A DNA stretch of 64,000 bases, taken from assembly GCA_009843735.1 (NCBI GenBank), contig VYCW01000102.1, positions 59,137-123,136 of the forward strand, given 5' to 3'. Of the stretch, positions 46,268 through 56,347 are shown piece by piece. Every line of letters starts with the position of its first letter. Positions within the stretch are counted from its first letter, which is position 1. The notes below the pieces were generated by a model. It had not been told where the DNA came from. It was given only the letters and a program-made list of their open reading frames with translations, and ran no database searches. Made by a program: the position numbers and the translations under genes. The stretch is from Acidimicrobiaceae bacterium (GTDB taxonomy: Bacteria > Actinomycetota > Acidimicrobiia > Acidimicrobiales > Aldehydirespiratoraceae).

Positions 46268-49009
46268 ATGTCGCTGCTTGGGAGGGTCCTGCGCTCGGGC
46301 GAGGGACGCAAGCTCAGGGATCTCCAGGCCCTCGTCCCTGACATCAACGCGCTCGAGAAGGACATGCAGCGTCTCGACGACGACGGGCTGCGGGCCCGCA
46401 CCGGCGAGTTCCGCGGCCGGCTCGAGAGGGGCGAGTCCACCGACGAGCTGCTGCTGGAGGCTTTCGCGGTGGTGCGGGAGGCGTCGGTGAGGGTTCTCGG
46501 CCAACGCCATTTCGACGTGCAGCTCGTCGGAGGCGCGGCGCTGCACTGGGGCGCGGTGGCGGAGATGCGCACCGGCGAGGGCAAGACCCTCACCTCCACG
46601 CTGCCGGTCTACCTCACCGGACTGACTGGCCGGGGCATCCATGTCGTGACGGTCAACGACTACCTGGCCGGCCGGGACGCGGAGTGGATGGGCCGGCTCT
46701 ACAAGTGGCTCGGCCTCACCGTCGGGCTGATCGTCCCCGGCAACCGGGGATGGGAGCACAAGCGGCGCCAGTACGCCTGCGACGTGACCTACGGGACCAA
46801 CAACGAGCTCGGCTTCGACTACCTGCGGGACAACATGGCCATGTCGCGCGCCGAGCAGGTGCAGCGCGGCCACCACTACTGCATCGTGGACGAGATCGAC
46901 TCGATCCTCATCGACGAGGCGCGCACCCCGCTGATCATCAGCGGCCAGGTGGCCGACGCGGCCAAGCTGTACACCCGCTTCGCGGGGATCGCACGCGGCC
47001 TTCAGCGCGACGTCCACTACGAGGTGGACGAGGAGAAGCGCTCGGTCGCGCCCCTCGAGGAGGGCGTCCACGCGGTCGAGCGGATGCTCGGCGTGGACAA
47101 CCTCTACGACCTGGTGGCCCAGAACCTGGTGCACCAGCTGCAGGCCGCGCTGCGGGCCAAGGAGCTCTACCGGCGCGACCGCGACTACATCGTGGATCAC
47201 AACCAGGTCAAGATCGTCGACGAGTTCACCGGACGGGTCCTGGAAGGGCGGCGCTGGTCCGACGGGCTGCACCAAGCCGTCGAGGCCAAGGAGGGGGTGG
47301 CCATCAAGGAGGAGAACCAGACGCTGGCCACCATCACGCTGCAGAACTACTACCGGATGTACGAGCGCCTGGCCGGCATGACCGGCACGGCCGAGACCGA
47401 GGCCAGCGAGTTCGCCTCCACCTACGGACTGCACGTGGTGGGCGTGCCCACCCACCGGCCGATGATCCGCGGCGACCGGGCCGACCTGATCTACAAGACC
47501 GAGGACGCCAAGTTCGCGGCCTGCGCCACCGACATACTGGAGCGCAACGAGCGGGGCCAGCCGGTGCTGGTGGGCACCGTCTCGGTGGAGAAGTCCGAGA
47601 AGCTGTCCCGCCTGCTCGACAAGCAGGACATCGCCCATGAGGTGCTCAACGCCAAACAGCACCACCGCGAGGCCGAGATCGTCACCCAGGCCGGCCGGCT
47701 GGGCGCGGTCACGGTGGCCACCAACATGGCCGGGCGCGGCGTCGACATCCTCCTGGGAGGCAATCCCGAGGGTCTGGCCCGCCGCGACCTCAGGGCCGAG
47801 GCTCTCGAGGAGGCCACGCCCGAGGGCGACCAGCGCCTGGCCGAGCTGACGGCCAAGCATCGGGCCGCCACCGACGCCGAGCGCGAGGAGGTGCTCGAGC
47901 TCGGAGGGCTGTACGTGCTCGGCACCGAGCGCCATGAGAGCCGGCGGATAGACAACCAGCTCAGAGGCCGCTCAGGGCGCCAGGGCGACCCCGGCGAGAG
48001 CCGCTTCTACCTGTCGCTGGAGGACGATCTCATGAGCCGGTTCGCCACCGGCGCCATGAACTGGGTGATGGACAAGGCCCTGCCCGAGGACGTGCCGATC
48101 GAGGCGGGCATGGTCACCAAGGCCATCGAGCGGGCCCAGAACACCGTGGAGCAGCGCAACGCCGAGACCCGCAAGAACGTTCTCAAGTACGACGAGGTGA
48201 TGAACGAGCAGCGCAAGGTCATCTACCAGCGCCGCTCCCAGATCCTCGACGGGACGGACCTCCGGTCGGAGGCTCTGGAGCACCTGGAGGCGGCGGTCGC
48301 CTCCGCCATTGCCACCCACTGCGAATCCGAGCACGCCGAGGAGTGGGACCGTGAGGGGTTGGCCACGGAGCTGGCCGGGCTGTGGCCCGGCGGGGTGGAG
48401 ACGACTCGGCTGGAGGCGGTTGCCACGCACGACGAGTTGTACGAGGTCGTCAACCGGGCTGCCCTGGACCACTACGGCGAGCGGGAGGAGCAGCTCAGCG
48501 AAGACGTGATGCGCCAGGTGGAGCGCCAGGTGATGCTCCGCCTGATCGACCAGAGGTGGCGGTCCCACCTGCGCGAGATGGACCTGCTGCGGGAGGGCAT
48601 CCACCTGCGGGCCATGGGGCAGAAGGACCCCGCCACCGAATGGCAGCGCGAGGGCTTCGAGATGTTCGGGCAGATGATGGACGGCATCGCCCTGGACTTC
48701 GTGCGCTACGTGATGCACGTCCAGCTGGCCGAGCAGGCGCCCGAGGACGACGCCCGCCTGGTGGGCGTGACCGCCGGCAAGAGCGAGGCCGCCTCGCCGG
48801 CGCCGGCGGGGGTCGGCGCCTCGGCTGTGCAGCCGGCCGCGGCCGCAGCGGCTTCATCGGGCACAAACCGAGCGGCGGTGCCGAACCGGCCGCGGAACCG
48901 GGTGCCGGTCGTCAAGAGCGAGCTGGAGAAGGTCGGGCGCAACGAGCCGTGCCCCTGCGGAAGCGGCAAGAAGTACAAGATGTGTCACGGCCGCCCCGGC
49001 GCGGGCTAG
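46268..49009 (+). CDS. secA: Preprotein translocase ATPase SecA
   Basis: ATG at 46268. MRTGEGKTL, DEIDSILIDEARTPLIISG and TNMAGRGVDI motifs. C-terminal zinc-binding motif CPCGSGKKYKMCHG. Confidence 0.95.
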   Translation: MSLLGRVLRSGEGRKLRDLQALVPDINALEKDMQRLDDDGLRARTGEFRGRLERGESTDELLLEAFAVVREASVRVLGQRHFDVQLVGGAALHWGAVAEMRTGEGKTLTSTLPVYLTGLTGRGIHVVTVNDYLAGRDAEWMGRLYKWLGLTVGLIVPGNRGWEHKRRQYACDVTYGTNNELGFDYLRDNMAMSRAEQVQRGHHYCIVDEIDSILIDEARTPLIISGQVADAAKLYTRFAGIARGLQRDVHYEVDEEKRSVAPLEEGVHAVERMLGVDNLYDLVAQNLVHQLQAALRAKELYRRDRDYIVDHNQVKIVDEFTGRVLEGRRWSDGLHQAVEAKEGVAIKEENQTLATITLQNYYRMYERLAGMTGTAETEASEFASTYGLHVVGVPTHRPMIRGDRADLIYKTEDAKFAACATDILERNERGQPVLVGTVSVEKSEKLSRLLDKQDIAHEVLNAKQHHREAEIVTQAGRLGAVTVATNMAGRGVDILLGGNPEGLARRDLRAEALEEATPEGDQRLAELTAKHRAATDAEREEVLELGGLYVLGTERHESRRIDNQLRGRSGRQGDPGESRFYLSLEDDLMSRFATGAMNWVMDKALPEDVPIEAGMVTKAIERAQNTVEQRNAETRKNVLKYDEVMNEQRKVIYQRRSQILDGTDLRSEALEHLEAAVASAIATHCESEHAEEWDREGLATELAGLWPGGVETTRLEAVATHDELYEVVNRAALDHYGEREEQLSEDVMRQVERQVMLRLIDQRWRSHLREMDLLREGIHLRAMGQKDPATEWQREGFEMFGQMMDGIALDFVRYVMHVQLAEQAPEDDARLVGVTAGKSEAASPAPAGVGASAVQPAAAAAASSGTNRAAVPNRPRNRVPVVKSELEKVGRNEPCPCGSGKKYKMCHGRPGAG

Positions 49010-49015
49010 GCAACC

Positions 49016-50200
49016 GTGCAGGACTTCAGCGACGATCTGCGCCGGCTGCGCGGTCGCCTCGAGGAGGCCGAGGCCTACCTTCGCATCGACGCGCTGCGGG
49101 TCCGGCTCCCCCAGCTCGAGGCTGAGTCGTCACGCCCCGATCTGTGGGATCAGCCAGAACGGGCCCGGGCCGTGACCTCCGAGCTGGCTTCGATCAGCGA
49201 CGACCTGGCGATATTCGAACGTCTGGCCGACGGGATCTCCGACGCGGAGACCCTCAACCAACTCGCGGTGGAGGAGGGGGACGCCTCCGAGGAGGCTGAG
49301 ATCGCGCGGCTGGTGACCGATGTCGCCGCTCGCTTCGACGAGCTCGAGCTGCGGTCGCTGTTCACCGGCGAGTTCGACGAGCGGGACGCCGTCTGCCAGA
49401 TCAAGTCGGGCGAGGGCGGCACCGACTCGCAGGACTGGGCCGAGATGCTGCTGAGGATGTACCGCCGCTGGGCCGAGCGGCGCGGCTTCGACCTGGAGGT
49501 CACCGCGCTGTCGGAGGGCACCGAGGCCGGGTACTCCAGCGTGGACTTCCTGGTGAAGGGCCGGGGCGCCTACGGCTGGATGCGCTCCGAGCACGGCGTC
49601 CACCGCCTGGTGCGGATCTCCCCGTTCAACAACGAGGGCAAGCGCCAGACGGCTTTCACCGCGGTGGACGTGGCCCCGTTCTTCGAGGACGTCTCCGACG
49701 AGCTGGTCATCGACGAGAAGGACCTGCGGGTCGACACCTACCGCTCCTCGGGCGCGGGGGGCCAGCACGTGAACGTGACCGACTCGGCGGTGCGCATCAC
49801 CCACCTGCCCACCGGGATCGTGACCAGCTGCCAGAACGAGCGCAGCCAGCACCAGAACAAGGAGCGGGCCATGCAGATGCTGGCCGGCAAGCTGATCAGC
49901 CTGGAGCGCAAGCGACGCTCCGACGAGATCGCCGGCATCAAGGGCGAGCAGCGCAAGGTGGGCTTCGGCAGCCAGATCCGCAGCTACGTCATGCAGCCCT
50001 ACCAGATGGTCAGGGATCAGCGGACCCGCTACGAGACCCCCAACGTGGACGCGGTCCTGGGCGGCGACCTGGATCCGTTCATGGAGTCCTGGCTGCGCTG
50101 GAGCCGGGCCTCGGGTGCCGCTGAACCGGCGGAGGGGGCTGGTACTGTCGCCGAGCGGGGCCCCATGGGAGGCCCTGTCGTCGGAGGTGTTTCCGAGTGA
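49016..50200 (+). CDS. prfB: Peptide chain release factor 2, single uninterrupted frame
   Basis: SPF and GGQ (SGAGGQHVN) motifs. GTG start. There is no internal in-frame stop or frameshift site. The low-complexity C-terminal tail overlaps the ftsE start. Confidence 0.9.
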   Translation: MQDFSDDLRRLRGRLEEAEAYLRIDALRVRLPQLEAESSRPDLWDQPERARAVTSELASISDDLAIFERLADGISDAETLNQLAVEEGDASEEAEIARLVTDVAARFDELELRSLFTGEFDERDAVCQIKSGEGGTDSQDWAEMLLRMYRRWAERRGFDLEVTALSEGTEAGYSSVDFLVKGRGAYGWMRSEHGVHRLVRISPFNNEGKRQTAFTAVDVAPFFEDVSDELVIDEKDLRVDTYRSSGAGGQHVNVTDSAVRITHLPTGIVTSCQNERSQHQNKERAMQMLAGKLISLERKRRSDEIAGIKGEQRKVGFGSQIRSYVMQPYQMVRDQRTRYETPNVDAVLGGDLDPFMESWLRWSRASGAAEPAEGAGTVAERGPMGGPVVGGVSE

Positions 50201-50874
50201 TCAAGATGGAGAAGGTCACCAAGGTGTTCAAGGGCGACGTGGTGGCCCTGCGCGACGTGACCATAGACATCGGCAAGGGGGAGTTCGTCTTCCTGGTGGG
50301 CCCGTCGGGCTCGGGCAAGTCGACGTTCATCCGGCTGCTGAACCGCGAGGAGGTTCCCGAGCACGGCCGCATATTCGTGGCCGGGCGCGACATCGGCGGG
50401 CTCAGCTCTTGGAGGGTGCCCTACCTGCGCCGCAACATCGGCTACGTGTTCCAGGACTACAAGCTGCTGCAGAAGAAGACGGTGGCCGAGAACGTCGCCT
50501 TCGCCCTGGAGGCGATCGGCAAGGGTCCCCACGTCATCAAGCGCCAGGTGCCCGCCATCCTGGAGCTGGTCGGGCTGTCCCGCAAGATCGACCGGTTCCC
50601 GCACGAGCTCTCCGGAGGCGAGCAGCAGCGGGTCTCGATCGCTCGGGCCTTCATCAACCGGCCCATGATCCTCCTGGCCGACGAGCCCACCGGGAACCTC
50701 GACCCCACCACCTCGGTGGGGATCATGCGCCTGCTGGAGCGGATCAACGAGATTGGCACGACGGTGGTGATGGCCACCCACGACAGCAGCATCGTCGACA
50801 GCATGCGGCAGCGGGTGGTGGAGCTCGACCGGGGCATGGTCGTGCGCGACCAGGCCCGAGGCGTCTACGAGTAG
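50197..50874 (+). CDS. ftsE: Cell-division ABC transporter ATP-binding protein FtsE
   Basis: GPSGSGKST Walker [10 protein letters not shown] signature, [12 protein letters not shown] Walker B. The GTG at 50197 overlaps the prfB TGA. An alternative ATG lies at 50206. Confidence 0.9.
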   Translation: MIKMEKVTKVFKGDVVALRDVTIDIGKGEFVFLVGPSGSGKSTFIRLLNREEVPEHGRIFVAGRDIGGLSSWRVPYLRRNIGYVFQDYKLLQKKTVAENVAFALEAIGKGPHVIKRQVPAILELVGLSRKIDRFPHELSGGEQQRVSIARAFINRPMILLADEPTGNLDPTTSVGIMRLLERINEIGTTVVMATHDSSIVDSMRQRVVELDRGMVVRDQARGVYE

Positions 50875-50892
50875 CGGACCGGTTAGCTCCTG

Positions 50893-51786
50893 ATGTTCAG
50901 CTTCCGCTACGTGTTGCGCGAGACGGGCCAGAACCTGTGGCGCAACATCCTGCTGGCGGTGGCCACCGTGATCACGGTGGGAGTGTCGCTGGCGATGTTC
51001 GGAGGCTTCCTGCTGTTCCAGCGAGCCGTGGACAGCGCCACCGCCCGCTGGGAGGACGGCGTCGAGTTCATCGTGTGGATGAACGCCGACGTCGGGACGG
51101 CCGAGGATGCCGGCATCCGCAACCAGCTCGATGAGAGCCCCGGCGTGCTGGACTGGCAGTACGTCGACCGGTTGGCCTCCTACGAGGAGTTCCGGGACTT
51201 CTTCGAGGACACCCCCGAGGTTCTCGACATCGCCGCCGAGCAGGACATCCCCCCGTACTACCGGGTGGTGCCCATCGACCCTGATCCCGACGTGGTCGAG
51301 GAGTTGGGCGACCAGTTCAAGGGCCGCCCCGGGGTGCGGACCGTCACCTTCGCCGGTGACGTGATCCGCGACGTCCAGAACCTCTCGGACCGGGCCGGAA
51401 GGGTGCTGTTCATCGGCTCGATCGTCCTGCTGGCCGCCTCCACCCTGCTGATCCTCAACACGCTGGCGGTGGCCATCGGCAATCGCCGGACCGAGATCGA
51501 GATCATGCGGCTGGTGGGGGCCACCAAGGCGTTCATTCGCATCCCGTTCATGCTCGAGGGCCTGGTGCAGGGTCTCCTCGGCGCGGCCGTGGCCATGACC
51601 AGCAACGCGCTGCTGCGCAACTACGTCATCGATCAGTTCAGCGACGCCGACGGCCTGCGGCTCCTGGCCGGGTTCAAGGTGGACGACGCCGCCATGTTCC
51701 AGGTCAACCTGCTGGTGCTGGTCATCGCGGTCGGCGTCGCGGTCGTAGGGGCGAACCTGGCGGTCGCCATGCACATCAACGACTAG
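50893..51786 (+). CDS. ftsX: Cell-division ABC transporter permease FtsX
   Basis: FtsX topology and motifs. It directly follows ftsE. Confidence 0.9.
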   Translation: MFSFRYVLRETGQNLWRNILLAVATVITVGVSLAMFGGFLLFQRAVDSATARWEDGVEFIVWMNADVGTAEDAGIRNQLDESPGVLDWQYVDRLASYEEFRDFFEDTPEVLDIAAEQDIPPYYRVVPIDPDPDVVEELGDQFKGRPGVRTVTFAGDVIRDVQNLSDRAGRVLFIGSIVLLAASTLLILNTLAVAIGNRRTEIEIMRLVGATKAFIRIPFMLEGLVQGLLGAAVAMTSNALLRNYVIDQFSDADGLRLLAGFKVDDAAMFQVNLLVLVIAVGVAVVGANLAVAMHIND

Positions 51787-51800
51787 CGCTCACGGGCGCG

Positions 51801-51841
51801 ATGCCGCCCGCCAGCCTGGGGGAGGGGCTGGCGGGCGGCAT
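51801..51841. terminator. Strong bidirectional stem-loop between convergent ftsX and ald
   Basis: ATGCCGCCCGCCAGCC (51801-51816) pairs perfectly with GGCTGGCGGGCGGCAT (51826-51841). That gives a 16-bp stem and a 9-nt loop. There is no U-tract. Confidence 0.6.
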
Positions 51842-51872
51842 GAACCAGTTCTCGGGTTCTGCGCTATGGCCC

Positions 51873-51905
51873 GGGTCAGTCCAGGGTCAGTCCGGGGTCA
51901 GCCCA
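51873..51905. repeat. Three tandem 11-nt units: GGGTCAGTCCA / GGGTCAGTCCG / GGGTCAGCCCA
   Basis: Read directly from the sequence. On the minus strand each unit carries a TGA (51878..51876, 51889..51887, 51900..51898), one in each reading frame. The last is the ald stop codon. Confidence 0.8.
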
Positions 51906-53013
51906 GCGTGTCCAGGGGCGCGACGTAGGGGAGGTCCAGGGCGTCGGCCACCGCCGGCTCGGTGATCTGTCCCTCGCGCACGCTGAGGCCGTCCTGGAGG
52001 CTCTTGTCGGCGGCGATGGCCTCGACGACGCCCTGGTCGGCGAGCTTGATCACGTAGGGGAGGGTGGCGTTGTTGAGGGCTTGGGTGGAGGTGCGCGGCA
52101 CCGCGCCCGGCATGTTGGCCACGCAGTAGTGGACCACGTCGTCGACCACGTAGGTCGGCTCGGCGTGGGTGGTGGGCCGGGAGGTCTCGGCACAGCCGCC
52201 CTGGTCGATGGCCACGTCCACGATCACCGTGCCCGGCCGCATGACCTTGACCATCTGCCTCGTGATCAGGCGGGGCGCCCGGGCACCGGGCAGCAGCACG
52301 GCCCCGATCACCAGGTCGGCGGTGAAGACCGCCTGGGCCAGCCGGCTGGGGCTCGAGTACAGGGTGCGCAGCGCGGGGCCGAAGCGGGCGGCCAGCGACT
52401 CCAGCACCCTGGCGTCGCGGTCCAGCACGGTCACGTCGGCGCCCAGCCCGAGGGCCATCTCCACTGCGTTGGTGCCGACCACACCACCGCCGATGACGGT
52501 CACGGGCGCGGCAGCCACCCCGGGCACGCCGCCCAGCAGCACCCCCCGGCCACCGGCGGATGCCTCCAGGCAGCGGGCGCCGGCCTGGATGGCGAGGCGT
52601 CCCGCTACCTGGGACATGGGGGCGAGCAGCGGAAGGCGGCCGTTGCCGTCCGTCACAGACTCGTAGGCGATGGCGGTGACGCCGCTGGCCAGCAGGTCGT
52701 AGGCCTGGTCGGGGTCGGGGGCGAGGTGGAGGTAGGTGAACAGGGTGTGGTCGGCCCTCAGCAGGGCCCGCTCGGGGGCCAGAGGCTCCTTGACCTTCAC
52801 GATCAGCTCGGCCGTCTCGAAGAGGTCCTCGGCGGTGGGGACGACCATGGCCCCGCGGCCCTTGTACTCGTCGTCGTCGAACCCGGCGCCGGTGCCCGCG
52901 CCCCGTTCCACGTACACCTCGTGGCCGCGGTCGGAGATCTCGCGCACGCTGTCGGGAGTGAGCCCGACGCGGCGCTCCTCGCTCTTGGTCTCCTTGGGAA
53001 CTCCGATTCGCAT
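51898..53013 (-). CDS. ald: Alanine dehydrogenase
   Basis: [21 protein letters not shown]-terminus, [11 protein letters not shown] Rossmann motif, 371 aa. SD-like GGTGGAGGGG lies upstream. Confidence 0.95.
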   Translation of the reverse strand: MRIGVPKETKSEERRVGLTPDSVREISDRGHEVYVERGAGTGAGFDDDEYKGRGAMVVPTAEDLFETAELIVKVKEPLAPERALLRADHTLFTYLHLAPDPDQAYDLLASGVTAIAYESVTDGNGRLPLLAPMSQVAGRLAIQAGARCLEASAGGRGVLLGGVPGVAAAPVTVIGGGVVGTNAVEMALGLGADVTVLDRDARVLESLAARFGPALRTLYSSPSRLAQAVFTADLVIGAVLLPGARAPRLITRQMVKVMRPGTVIVDVAIDQGGCAETSRPTTHAEPTYVVDDVVHYCVANMPGAVPRTSTQALNNATLPYVIKLADQGVVEAIAADKSLQDGLSVREGQITEPAVADALDLPYVAPLDTLG

Positions 53014-53111
53014 GTGAACCCCTCCACCTGCGATTGCAGACAGAATACACGCGCCGCAGCGGCAAGAAACTGGCGAAAACAGTTCTGTTTCTCAATCAAG
53101 CGCCATGGTTC

Positions 53112-53137
53112 TTGCGCTAAAGGCGGTTCTAGCGCAA
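53112..53137. promoter_or_regulatory. Perfect 8-bp inverted repeat in the ald/lrp divergent region, candidate Lrp/AsnC operator
   Basis: TTGCGCTA (53112-53119) and TAGCGCAA (53130-53137) separated by 10 nt, 11 nt upstream of the lrp ATG at 53148. A second pair, AGAAAC (53065-53070) / GTTTCT (53087-53092), lies nearer ald. Confidence 0.4.
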
Positions 53138-53147
53138 AATATTGCTC

Positions 53148-53609
53148 ATGCTTGATGTCGACTCGATCGATCGTCTCATCCTCAACGAGCTCCAGACCGA
53201 CGGCCGGGTCTCGCACGCCGAGCTGGCTGACCGGGTGGGGCTGTCGACGTCGGCCTGCTACCGCCGGGTGCGCCGGCTGGAGGCCGACGGCGTGATCGCG
53301 GGCTACGTGATGATCCTCGACACCGAGGCCATCGGCCGGGACCTCGACGTGTTTGTGGAGGTGTCGCTGGTCAGCCAGAGCGAGGAGTCGCTGAGGCACT
53401 TCGAGGAGGAGGTCCGCGCCTGCCCCGAGGTCATGTCCTGCCACCTGGTAGCGGGCGACGCCGACTACCTGGTCCACCTCGCGGTACAGGACCACCGCGA
53501 CTTCGAGCGGATCCACAACGAGCACCTGTCCCGGCTCCCGGGCGTGGCCCGGCTGCGGTCCAACTTCGCGATCCGCACCATCTACCAGACCACCCGCCAC
53601 CTGCTATAG
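53148..53609 (+). CDS. Lrp/AsnC family transcriptional regulator
   Basis: LDVDSIDRLILNELQTDGRVSHAELADRVGLSTSACYRRVRRLE HTH motif plus a C-terminal RAM/AsnC domain. ATG at 53148 (track TTG at 53142). Confidence 0.85.
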   Translation: MLDVDSIDRLILNELQTDGRVSHAELADRVGLSTSACYRRVRRLEADGVIAGYVMILDTEAIGRDLDVFVEVSLVSQSEESLRHFEEEVRACPEVMSCHLVAGDADYLVHLAVQDHRDFERIHNEHLSRLPGVARLRSNFAIRTIYQTTRHLL

Positions 53610-53636
53610 CCGCGGCCCGGTCGGGCCCTTGGCGCT

Positions 53637-54863
53637 CTAGCCGGTCTGGGTGCCGACCTTGAGGTCCTTGAAGGGCACGCCCCGGTCGACGCTGATGTCG
53701 CGGGGCAGGCCCAGCACCCGGTCGCCGATGATGTTGCGCTGGATCTCCGAGGTCCCGCCGGCGATCCCGGCCTGGAGCGACGTCAGAGCCTGGCGCTGCC
53801 AGTGGCCGTCGGCCTCGTCCTCCCACGCCACGCCGGAGGCTCCCGCTATGGCCATGGACACCTCGGTGTGCAGGTCCGCGATCTGCACGGTGGCCAGCTT
53901 GCCGACCGATCCGCCCGGCCCCGGCGTGCGTCCCGCCTTGAGCTCGGCCCGGGTGCGCATGGCCACCAGCGACAGGCAGGTCTCCAGGATGTGCAGTCGC
54001 ATCAGCTTCTGGCGCAGCGCCGGGTCGCGGTCGAGCCCCCGCTTGCGGGCCACCTCGATCAGCCGGGCGGTGCGGTCGGTCGATATCCCCCCGGTTGTTC
54101 CGGAGCCGATGGCGACCCGCTCGTACATCAGCATGGCGGTGGCCATGCGCCAGCCGTTGTTGAGGTCGCCGAGCAGGTTGTCAACACTGATGCGCACGTC
54201 GGTGAAGAACACCTCGTTGAAGTGGGTGCCGCCGTCGATCTGGTGTATTGGCCGGACCTCCACGCCCGCGGCGTCCATGGGGACTATGAACATCGAGATG
54301 CCGGCGTGCTTGGGGACTCCGGGGTCGGTGCGGGCGATGATGATCCCGTAGGAGCACAGGTGGGCCAGCGTGGTCCACACCTTCTGGCCGTTGATGATCC
54401 ACTCGTCGCCGTCGCGTTCGGCCCGGGTCTGCAGGCTGGCCACGTCGGAGCCTGCTCCGGGCTCCGAGAACATCTGGCACCACACGTCCTCCGCGGAGAT
54501 GACCCGGGCCAGGTAGGCCGACTTCTGGTCGTGGTTGCCGTACTCGGCCAGCATGGGCAGGCACATCCCGTGGGAGATGAGCAGGTCGTAGGTCATGTTG
54601 GGGTAGGCGCTGTACTCCTCGCGCCAGGCCCTGTCGTGGGCCTTGGTCAGCCCGGCGCCGCCGTATTCGGCCGGGTAGGTCAGCCCGGCCAGCCCTGCGG
54701 CGGCCAGCGCCTGCTGGAATCTCTGGGCCGCCCGCAGCCGCAGCTCCCCTCGGGGGTCGGGCCGCCCGCCGAGGTCGATGCCGGTGGCGTGCTCGGCGAG
54801 GAAGGCCCGGCAGCGGGCCCGGAACGCCTCGTCCTCTTCGGGGGCTAGGACGTCGTCGGCCAC
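53637..54863 (-). CDS. Acyl-CoA dehydrogenase
   Basis: This is the C-terminal part of composite track ORF 53637..55865, with GTG at 54863. CQMFSEPGAGSD, INGQKVWTT and GGTSEIQRNIIG motifs. Confidence 0.85.
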   Translation of the reverse strand: MADDVLAPEEDEAFRARCRAFLAEHATGIDLGGRPDPRGELRLRAAQRFQQALAAAGLAGLTYPAEYGGAGLTKAHDRAWREEYSAYPNMTYDLLISHGMCLPMLAEYGNHDQKSAYLARVISAEDVWCQMFSEPGAGSDVASLQTRAERDGDEWIINGQKVWTTLAHLCSYGIIIARTDPGVPKHAGISMFIVPMDAAGVEVRPIHQIDGGTHFNEVFFTDVRISVDNLLGDLNNGWRMATAMLMYERVAIGSGTTGGISTDRTARLIEVARKRGLDRDPALRQKLMRLHILETCLSLVAMRTRAELKAGRTPGPGGSVGKLATVQIADLHTEVSMAIAGASGVAWEDEADGHWQRQALTSLQAGIAGGTSEIQRNIIGDRVLGLPRDISVDRGVPFKDLKVGTQTG

Positions 54864-54934
54864 GGCGGTCAGCGTACTGGAGGACCCGCTGTCGGGGTCC
54901 GGCCTGTCCGTCGTCCGCCCGCCGCTCGCCGGTT

Positions 54935-55975
54935 TCAGAAGCCGGTGACGACGGCGACGCCGTGCCCGCCGAAGCCCGCCATGGTCTCGAAGGCCTCGGG
55001 CAGGTCGTCGAGGTCCATGGTGCGGCTCACGAGCAGGCTCAGGTCCATCCCGGTGGCGGTGATCAGGTCCATCAGCTCCGGGTACTGGCGGGCCGACATG
55101 CCCTTGGTGCCGAGCACCTCCAGCTCCTTGGTGATCATGGTGGCCACCGGCAGCGCGGTGGCCCGCGCCGACAGCAGTCCGGCCTGCACGTGGCGGCCCT
55201 GCTTTCGGAGGCAGTGGACCGAGTTGGCGGCCACCTCGGCGTTGCCCAGCGCGTCGACCGACACGTGGGCGCCCCCGCCGGTGGTGTCTCGCACCGCACC
55301 GACGGTTGCCCGGCCGCTGTCGGGGTCGGCGGTGACCGCGGCGGCCGCGCCCATGGCCGCGGCCAGCTCCAGAGCCCGCTCGTCGATGTCGACGGCCACC
55401 ACCCGGGCGCCGACGGCCGCTCCGATCATCACCATGCACAGCCCCAGCCCTCCGCAGCCGTGCACGGCCAGCCATTCCCCGGATGAGAGCCGGGCCCGCT
55501 CGATCAGGGCCCGGTAGGCGGTGATCATCCGGCAGCCCAGGATCGAGGCGTGCTCGAAGGACATGGCCTCGGGCAGGGCGGCGAGGTTGGTGTCGGCGTG
55601 GTCGATGGCGCAGTAACGGGCGAAGGAGCCCCAGTGGGTGAACCCGGGCAGGAAGTAGTTGTCGCAGATCTGCTCGTTGCCGGCCGCGCACTGCTCGCAG
55701 GCGCCGCAGCCGCAGCAGAAGGGCGCGGTCACCCGGTCGCCGGGCGACCAGCGGGACACGCCCGGCCCGGTCTCGGCCACCACTCCGGCGAGTTCGTGGC
55801 CGGGCACATGGGGCAGGGGGATGCTGGGGTCGTGGCCGTGCCAGGCGAACAGGTCGCTTCGGCACAGGCCTGAGGCCCGCACCTCGATGACCACGCCGCC
55901 ATCGGGAACGGCCGGGTCGGGCAGGTCCTCGACGGCTATGGGTCCGTTGAACTCTTGGTAGACGGCGGCTCGCAT
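54935..55975 (-). CDS. Zinc-dependent alcohol dehydrogenase (MDR family)
   Basis: GLCRSDL, GHELAG and the structural zinc motif CCGCGACEQC. VHGCGGLG Rossmann motif. Confidence 0.85.
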   Translation of the reverse strand: MRAAVYQEFNGPIAVEDLPDPAVPDGGVVIEVRASGLCRSDLFAWHGHDPSIPLPHVPGHELAGVVAETGPGVSRWSPGDRVTAPFCCGCGACEQCAAGNEQICDNYFLPGFTHWGSFARYCAIDHADTNLAALPEAMSFEHASILGCRMITAYRALIERARLSSGEWLAVHGCGGLGLCMVMIGAAVGARVVAVDIDERALELAAAMGAAAAVTADPDSGRATVGAVRDTTGGGAHVSVDALGNAEVAANSVHCLRKQGRHVQAGLLSARATALPVATMITKELEVLGTKGMSARQYPELMDLITATGMDLSLLVSRTMDLDDLPEAFETMAGFGGHGVAVVTGF

Positions 55976-56001
55976 CGCGCCGAGGCTATTGGCTCAGACA
56001 C

Positions 56002-56307
56002 TCAGGAATCGAGCAGCTCGATCTGCACGTCCCGGTACCGCACCGCTCCCGAGTTGACAGCCACCTCGGTGCCGCCCTTGCGCAGGAAGACGCTGTGCCC
56101 CGGCGTCACCGGCGCCGACTTGGAGCCGGCCTCGAGCGGCTCCACCGTGACGCGGTCGCCCTCCACCACCACCACGATGTAGTCGTGCTCGTGGTGGTGC
56201 ATGGGCGACCGCTCGCCCGGCTCGAGCACCATCTCCCAGACCCGGATCTGCTCGTCCTCGAACAGCACCCGATCACCGATCGGACCCAGGTCGTGGCTCT
56301 CGGTCAT
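56002..56307 (-). CDS. Cupin-domain protein
   Basis: ATG at 56307, 101 aa. PGERSPMHHHEHDYIVVVVEG cupin metal motif. The rest of track ORF 56002..57099 is a shadow of prmA. Confidence 0.7.
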   Translation of the reverse strand: MTESHDLGPIGDRVLFEDEQIRVWEMVLEPGERSPMHHHEHDYIVVVVEGDRVTVEPLEAGSKSAPVTPGHSVFLRKGGTEVAVNSGAVRYRDVQIELLDS

Positions 56308-56347
56308 GGCGCCTCCTGGCTTGCCGGCAGGTCGAACATATCGTGTC

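Noticed and set aside
49016-50200. Looked for the programmed +1 frameshift site (in-frame TGA near codon 26) typical of many bacterial prfB genes.
   Set aside because: The RF2 reading frame is continuous from GTG 49016 through the SPF and GGQ motifs to the stop. There is no internal stop and no need for a frameshift. The roughly 30-aa low-complexity C-terminal tail is just the overlap with ftsE.
51887-53095. A 402-aa ORF overlapping ald in another frame, extending into the ald/lrp intergenic region.
   Set aside because: The ald frame (51898-53013) gives a textbook alanine dehydrogenase. The alternative frame gives an Arg/Pro/Gly-rich sequence without motifs. Its stop is simply the second unit of the 11-nt repeat.
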